Assembly (NCBI GenBank): GCA_013265495.1
Contig: MU058824.1
Coordinates: forward strand, 868,001 to 932,000
Direction: 5' to 3'
Source of the DNA: Vicugna vicugna
Taxonomy: Eukaryota
DNA length: 64,000 bases
Shown: in pieces, positions 60,301-64,000 of the stretch
Layout: every line of letters begins with the position of its first letter
How positions within the stretch are numbered: the first letter of the stretch is position 1
Program-made: the position numbers and the translations under genes
The notes under the pieces: model-generated
The model's database searches: none
What the model was told of the DNA's origin: nothing
What the model saw: the letters and a program-made list of their open reading frames with translations, nothing else

Positions 60301-63300
60301 TCCTTAAAACCTTCAGGTTTCCAATCAAGAAGAAGAAGGAAAAAAAGACTTCTGAAGTCCCTGCTCCCTGTTCTGGAACTCTGATACAGACATGTTATGG
60401 GAAGCAAAATAAGTTTCAAGCATTGGCCTTGCTTTGTACTCGTTTTGGCTAAGGGTTGGCCACTGGGTCTGGGTCCTCACTGCTCCAGCTCAGGTTCAGA
60501 TTCTTTACTTTGGCTTCTCGTATGTACTGCTTTCAAGATCTTGATCATCCTCTGATATCCTTATCTTGGAACTAATAATAAAAGAAGAAGAGAAAGGGTC
60601 CATCTTTTTTTTGTGGGGATTCCTAAGTTCCTGAGCTCCAGCCCTAGAAGCACCTGCATATTTCTTACCCCTCACCCCTCCTTTGTCCCATTAGAAGCAA
60701 AATTGTTAGACTTTACTCAAAAAGTGGGAAATCCAAGTCATAGGGGAAATCAGTGTGAAAGTTAATATCTTGTTATGCTCTTATCTGGGAGCTGATTGAA
60801 TTTCTGAAAGCTCTTGAGGTGCTCCTGCTGGCAGCTGGGACTGAAGGTTCAAAGCAGAGAAACAGGCATGTGGGGAAATGTTTTTACTTCATGATTTTCG
60901 TCTCACACCTGGAGATGGGGTACAACGTGCAAGGGGAGGGGAGCAGAATGAGAATATAAATACTGGAGTAATGATGGCAATGTTTTCATACCTGTGTGGG
61001 GATGAGATTTGGTTTGATTGTGGAAGGATGAAGCAAGGAGGATGATGAAGATGATTCTGAGATGCTGAAGAAACCTAGAGTGGTGTAGTTCTGAGAGGAC
61101 GTTGTGTTAAGAAACCTGAGAAATTTCTGCCTGCTTTAGTCTACCATCAAGGAAATTGTCTTATCCCCCCCCCTTTTTTTTTCCTCATTTTCTGTTATGT
61201 GTAGCACAACTGGAGATTAGAAGAGAGAAGATGTTCCTGGGGCTTTCTGTGAAAACAATGGCCCCACCCCAATGACAGGGAAGGGATTGATGCTAGGAAT
61301 TACCAACTTATAAATGGAAATTAATACTGTAATTAGCAAGATAGGAAAATCCATCTTATTGTAAATAGTGATACTTATAGACTGTGATATTCCCCCTGGG
61401 ATCACCAGGTTATTTAAAAGGAATAAATCAGGAACCACATTCAAGCCCATGAAGAATGCCAGAAATATTCAGAGCAGACATACACCTCAGACAGATAATG
61501 TTTTCAACAGGGCTGTAAAACAGTGGATAAAGTCCATTTTTAAAAAGATACACATTTGTGATTTTTGACACTTCTTAGATGGAAAGTGTTTTCAGATTGC
61601 CTTTTGAATATCAACATTGTCACCTAGATAGCTTTCTAGCAAACAAACTAAAGATGTTGGATAAAAAGATTAGTCTCACAAAAAAACGAGATGAATACTG
61701 CATTCCATATAAAAGGAAGGGTCTCCAAGGATGAAATATAAACATTTGATAAACCTGCAGCTCTGATTAAAGTCTATATATAATGGCCTTACATTTCTGT
61801 ATCTGTTTAAAATATGGAGCCTGCTTTCACATCCATTAACTCATTTGATTCTCGTGTGTGTGTGTGTTTAGTGTGGGAAGAGGTAAATGAGAGAGATGTT
61901 AAAAAAAAAAAGATCCTCATTTTACAGATGAGGCATTGAAGCCCAGAAAAATTCAAGCCCACAGTGCCTTCCAAGTATTAACAGACTATGTGTATTTAAT
62001 GTTAGCTGTCTCTGAATCAGAGTTAAAATGCAGCCATACTTCTCTAGGCAGCCAAAATAGGGATGCCAGCACAGGGGTGGCACTCTAGCCACAGTAGGGT
62101 TATGACTTCAAGTTTATGAGTTCAAGAATGAGCCAATGCAAGCCATTTAGGAAAACTACCCTTCCTCCCCCCAGTGAATATGGATTTAAGAATAGCAGAA
62201 TTTCATCCTATTGTCTTCCTTATTACCCCCTTATTTGATAGATTGGTTAGGGCTCTGCTAGTCACAGTGCATCATGGCTTGCCTTGAATCAGGGCTCTAC
62301 ATGTGTACATGTCTTCCTTTCTGGACTGTGAGACCCCACAGACCAGCAGCCAGATCCTTAATGTGTTGTTTTCATCAAGGTCCCATTCCAGTGCCAGTGC
62401 TTCATAAACGTGTAAACTTGAATAAACTACGAGACCAGACACTTCGCAACACCATCAATTGGGTCATAATGTAGGCATGTAGACTGGAAGACATAATAGG
62501 GTTAGAGGTGTCAGATGCCTCCCTTTTAAACTGTATTACCTGGTTCTTATCCTTTTCCATGTTTGACCCCATTTCTTGCATGAAGTCAATTACAGATGAT
62601 CCCCAACTTTCAAACAGATTGGAAGTGTGTCTCAAAGTCAAGTAACAAACCCATATGCTAAAAGGGATAGTTTCCATGTTTCCATTTCCCAAAACCTTAA
62701 ATCCCTGTTCAGGAATACCAGACCCGGTGGCAGATTTGGAGAAACCCTGCAAACCCCTATAAGTGGTAGACCATGTGATGTTTTAGTCCCTGCCCCAACC
62801 CCTGGTCCACACCCCAGACCCCCATCCCCAGCCAGGCTCTCACAGAAGGGCAATGCAGAATGTAAAGCAACTGGAAAGTCACGGATTGGTGCATGAGCTT
62901 CAGGAGCATCCATGGAGTAAACCTTTGCAAACTTTAAAGGGAAAATGCATCGTGTAATAATTTCTATTTTGTGTAAAAAGAAGAGAAAAAGATTAAAATT
63001 AATATATATGTAAGAACAGACAAATGACAGGAAGGAAATACACTAGAAAACTTTAAATGATTTTTTCTAGCTGGTTGGATTATGATTTTTTTTCTAGTTT
63101 TGCACTGGTTTAATGTACTTGTATTTTAATATATATAAATACTTTTTAATTTATTTTATCTACTTGTAAAACATTAAAAACATTGCTATTAAGGCTTTTT
63201 GACCACTATCCCAAATTCTCATGTCACTTTGGCTTTCATTCATCTTTCCGGATTTTTTTTTCGATATATTTACAGATATGTATGTATACACATAGAAATA

Positions 63301-63447
63301 CACAGTATTGTTTTGTTTCTACATAGATAACATCATACAGTACATATTCTGCAATTTTCTTTCCATGTCAGTTACATATAAATCTACCTCAGTAAAAAAA
63401 ATAATAATACTATTCTATCAAATAGGGAGACTGCAGCTTATTTAGTC

Positions 63448-63675
63448 CAGTGGTTCTACACTGGAATCATGTAAGGAGCTTTATTATTTTGGGATGGGAT
63501 AATTAGGTTTCTGTATGTATGTATGTATGTATGTATGTATGTATGTATGTATGTATTTAGCTGTAGGTGCTGGAGATTGAACCCAGAACCTCATGCATGC
63601 TAAGCATGCACTCTACCATAAAGCGCTTTAAAATCAAACCAATGCCCAGGGCCCACCCCTAGACATTCTGATGCA
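63448..63675. mobile_element. MER5-type MITE split by the SINE, within an ancient L1ME-like remnant (~63180-63955)
   Basis: CAGTGGTTCT..GAATCA..GGAGCTTT | TAAAA..ATGCCCAGGGCCCACCCCTAGACATTCTGAT. Confidence 0.7.
63484..63618 (-). mobile_element. Camelid tRNA-derived SINE (Vic-1-like), 5'-truncated, with an internal (TATG)n expansion
   Basis: Reverse complement reads TGGTAGAGTGCATGCTTAGCATGCATGAGGTTCTGGGTTCAATCTCCAG (B-box-like GGTTCAATC)...AAACCTAATTATCCC; imperfect TSD TAAGGAGCTTTA / TAAAGCGCTTTA (10/12). Confidence 0.85.
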
Positions 63676-64000
63676 AAGTTTTTGCTTCTACCACCCAGGT
63701 GTTTTAGAACAGTATCATATTGTGTAACCTTGCACATATATATGGATGGTACTCTAGAAAGACTTTTTAAAAATAGCACTTATATTGTAGTACCAATTTA
63801 TACTCTTACCAGAAGTATGTGAAAATAACCCCATGCACTTCTCTACCTTGGATATCTAATTTTAAGATTTTTAACTTTGATGAATTAAAACAAATAATAA
63901 GTCATTTATTTTCATTTTACTGATCATCTGTGAGACTTATATCTTTTCATATGCACAGGGAGGGATTAAGGGCACAAGGCACTCAGGTTTGTATCCTAGC

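Noticed and set aside
62065..62085. CTCF-like motif CACAGGGGTGGCAC
   Set aside because: The 5' half mismatches the consensus at several core positions
63570..63618. tRNA-like sequence
   Set aside because: It is the truncated SINE head, lacking the 5' acceptor strand; not a tRNA gene
1..64000. CRISPR array, operon or other prokaryotic/viral system; host gene identity
   Set aside because: No regularly spaced repeat-spacer array, no long ORFs and no recognisable coding exon; L1 orientation is mixed, so even the host strand cannot be inferred

Overview
This is AT-rich, CpG-depleted placental-mammal DNA, most likely camelid: a tRNA-derived SINE at about 63.5 kb carries the ...AAACCTAATTA(C/T)C.. 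tail of the camelid Vic-1 family. I find no CpG island, no supportable host protein-coding exon, no RNA gene and no prokaryotic-type system. The only ORFs with recognisable protein similarity are decayed LINE-1 ORF2 pieces. Much of the window is interspersed repeats (MIR, L2, CR1/L3, L1, MLT1 and other LTRs, MER5A, MER47/Tigger5-type, MER103C-like, MER104-like), as expected for a large intron or intergenic region. Repeat names come from recognition by eye, not RepeatMasker, and most repeat boundaries are approximate (+/-20-50 bp). The most notable observations are: (1) a textbook recursive-splice-site motif, Y17-AG|GTAAGT, at 7779-7803; (2) a 5'-inverted L1 with TSDs, a foreign L1-tail patch at its junction and a possible short 3' transduction; (3) a 50-bp insertion inside a MER5A, copied from 1.4 kb away; (4) two independent L1 copies whose internal deletions start at the same ORF2 position; (5) candidate minus-strand non-coding exons; (6) enhancer-like unique blocks with PBX-MEIS, octamer and homeobox motifs. 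I cannot support a claim of a new biological system.
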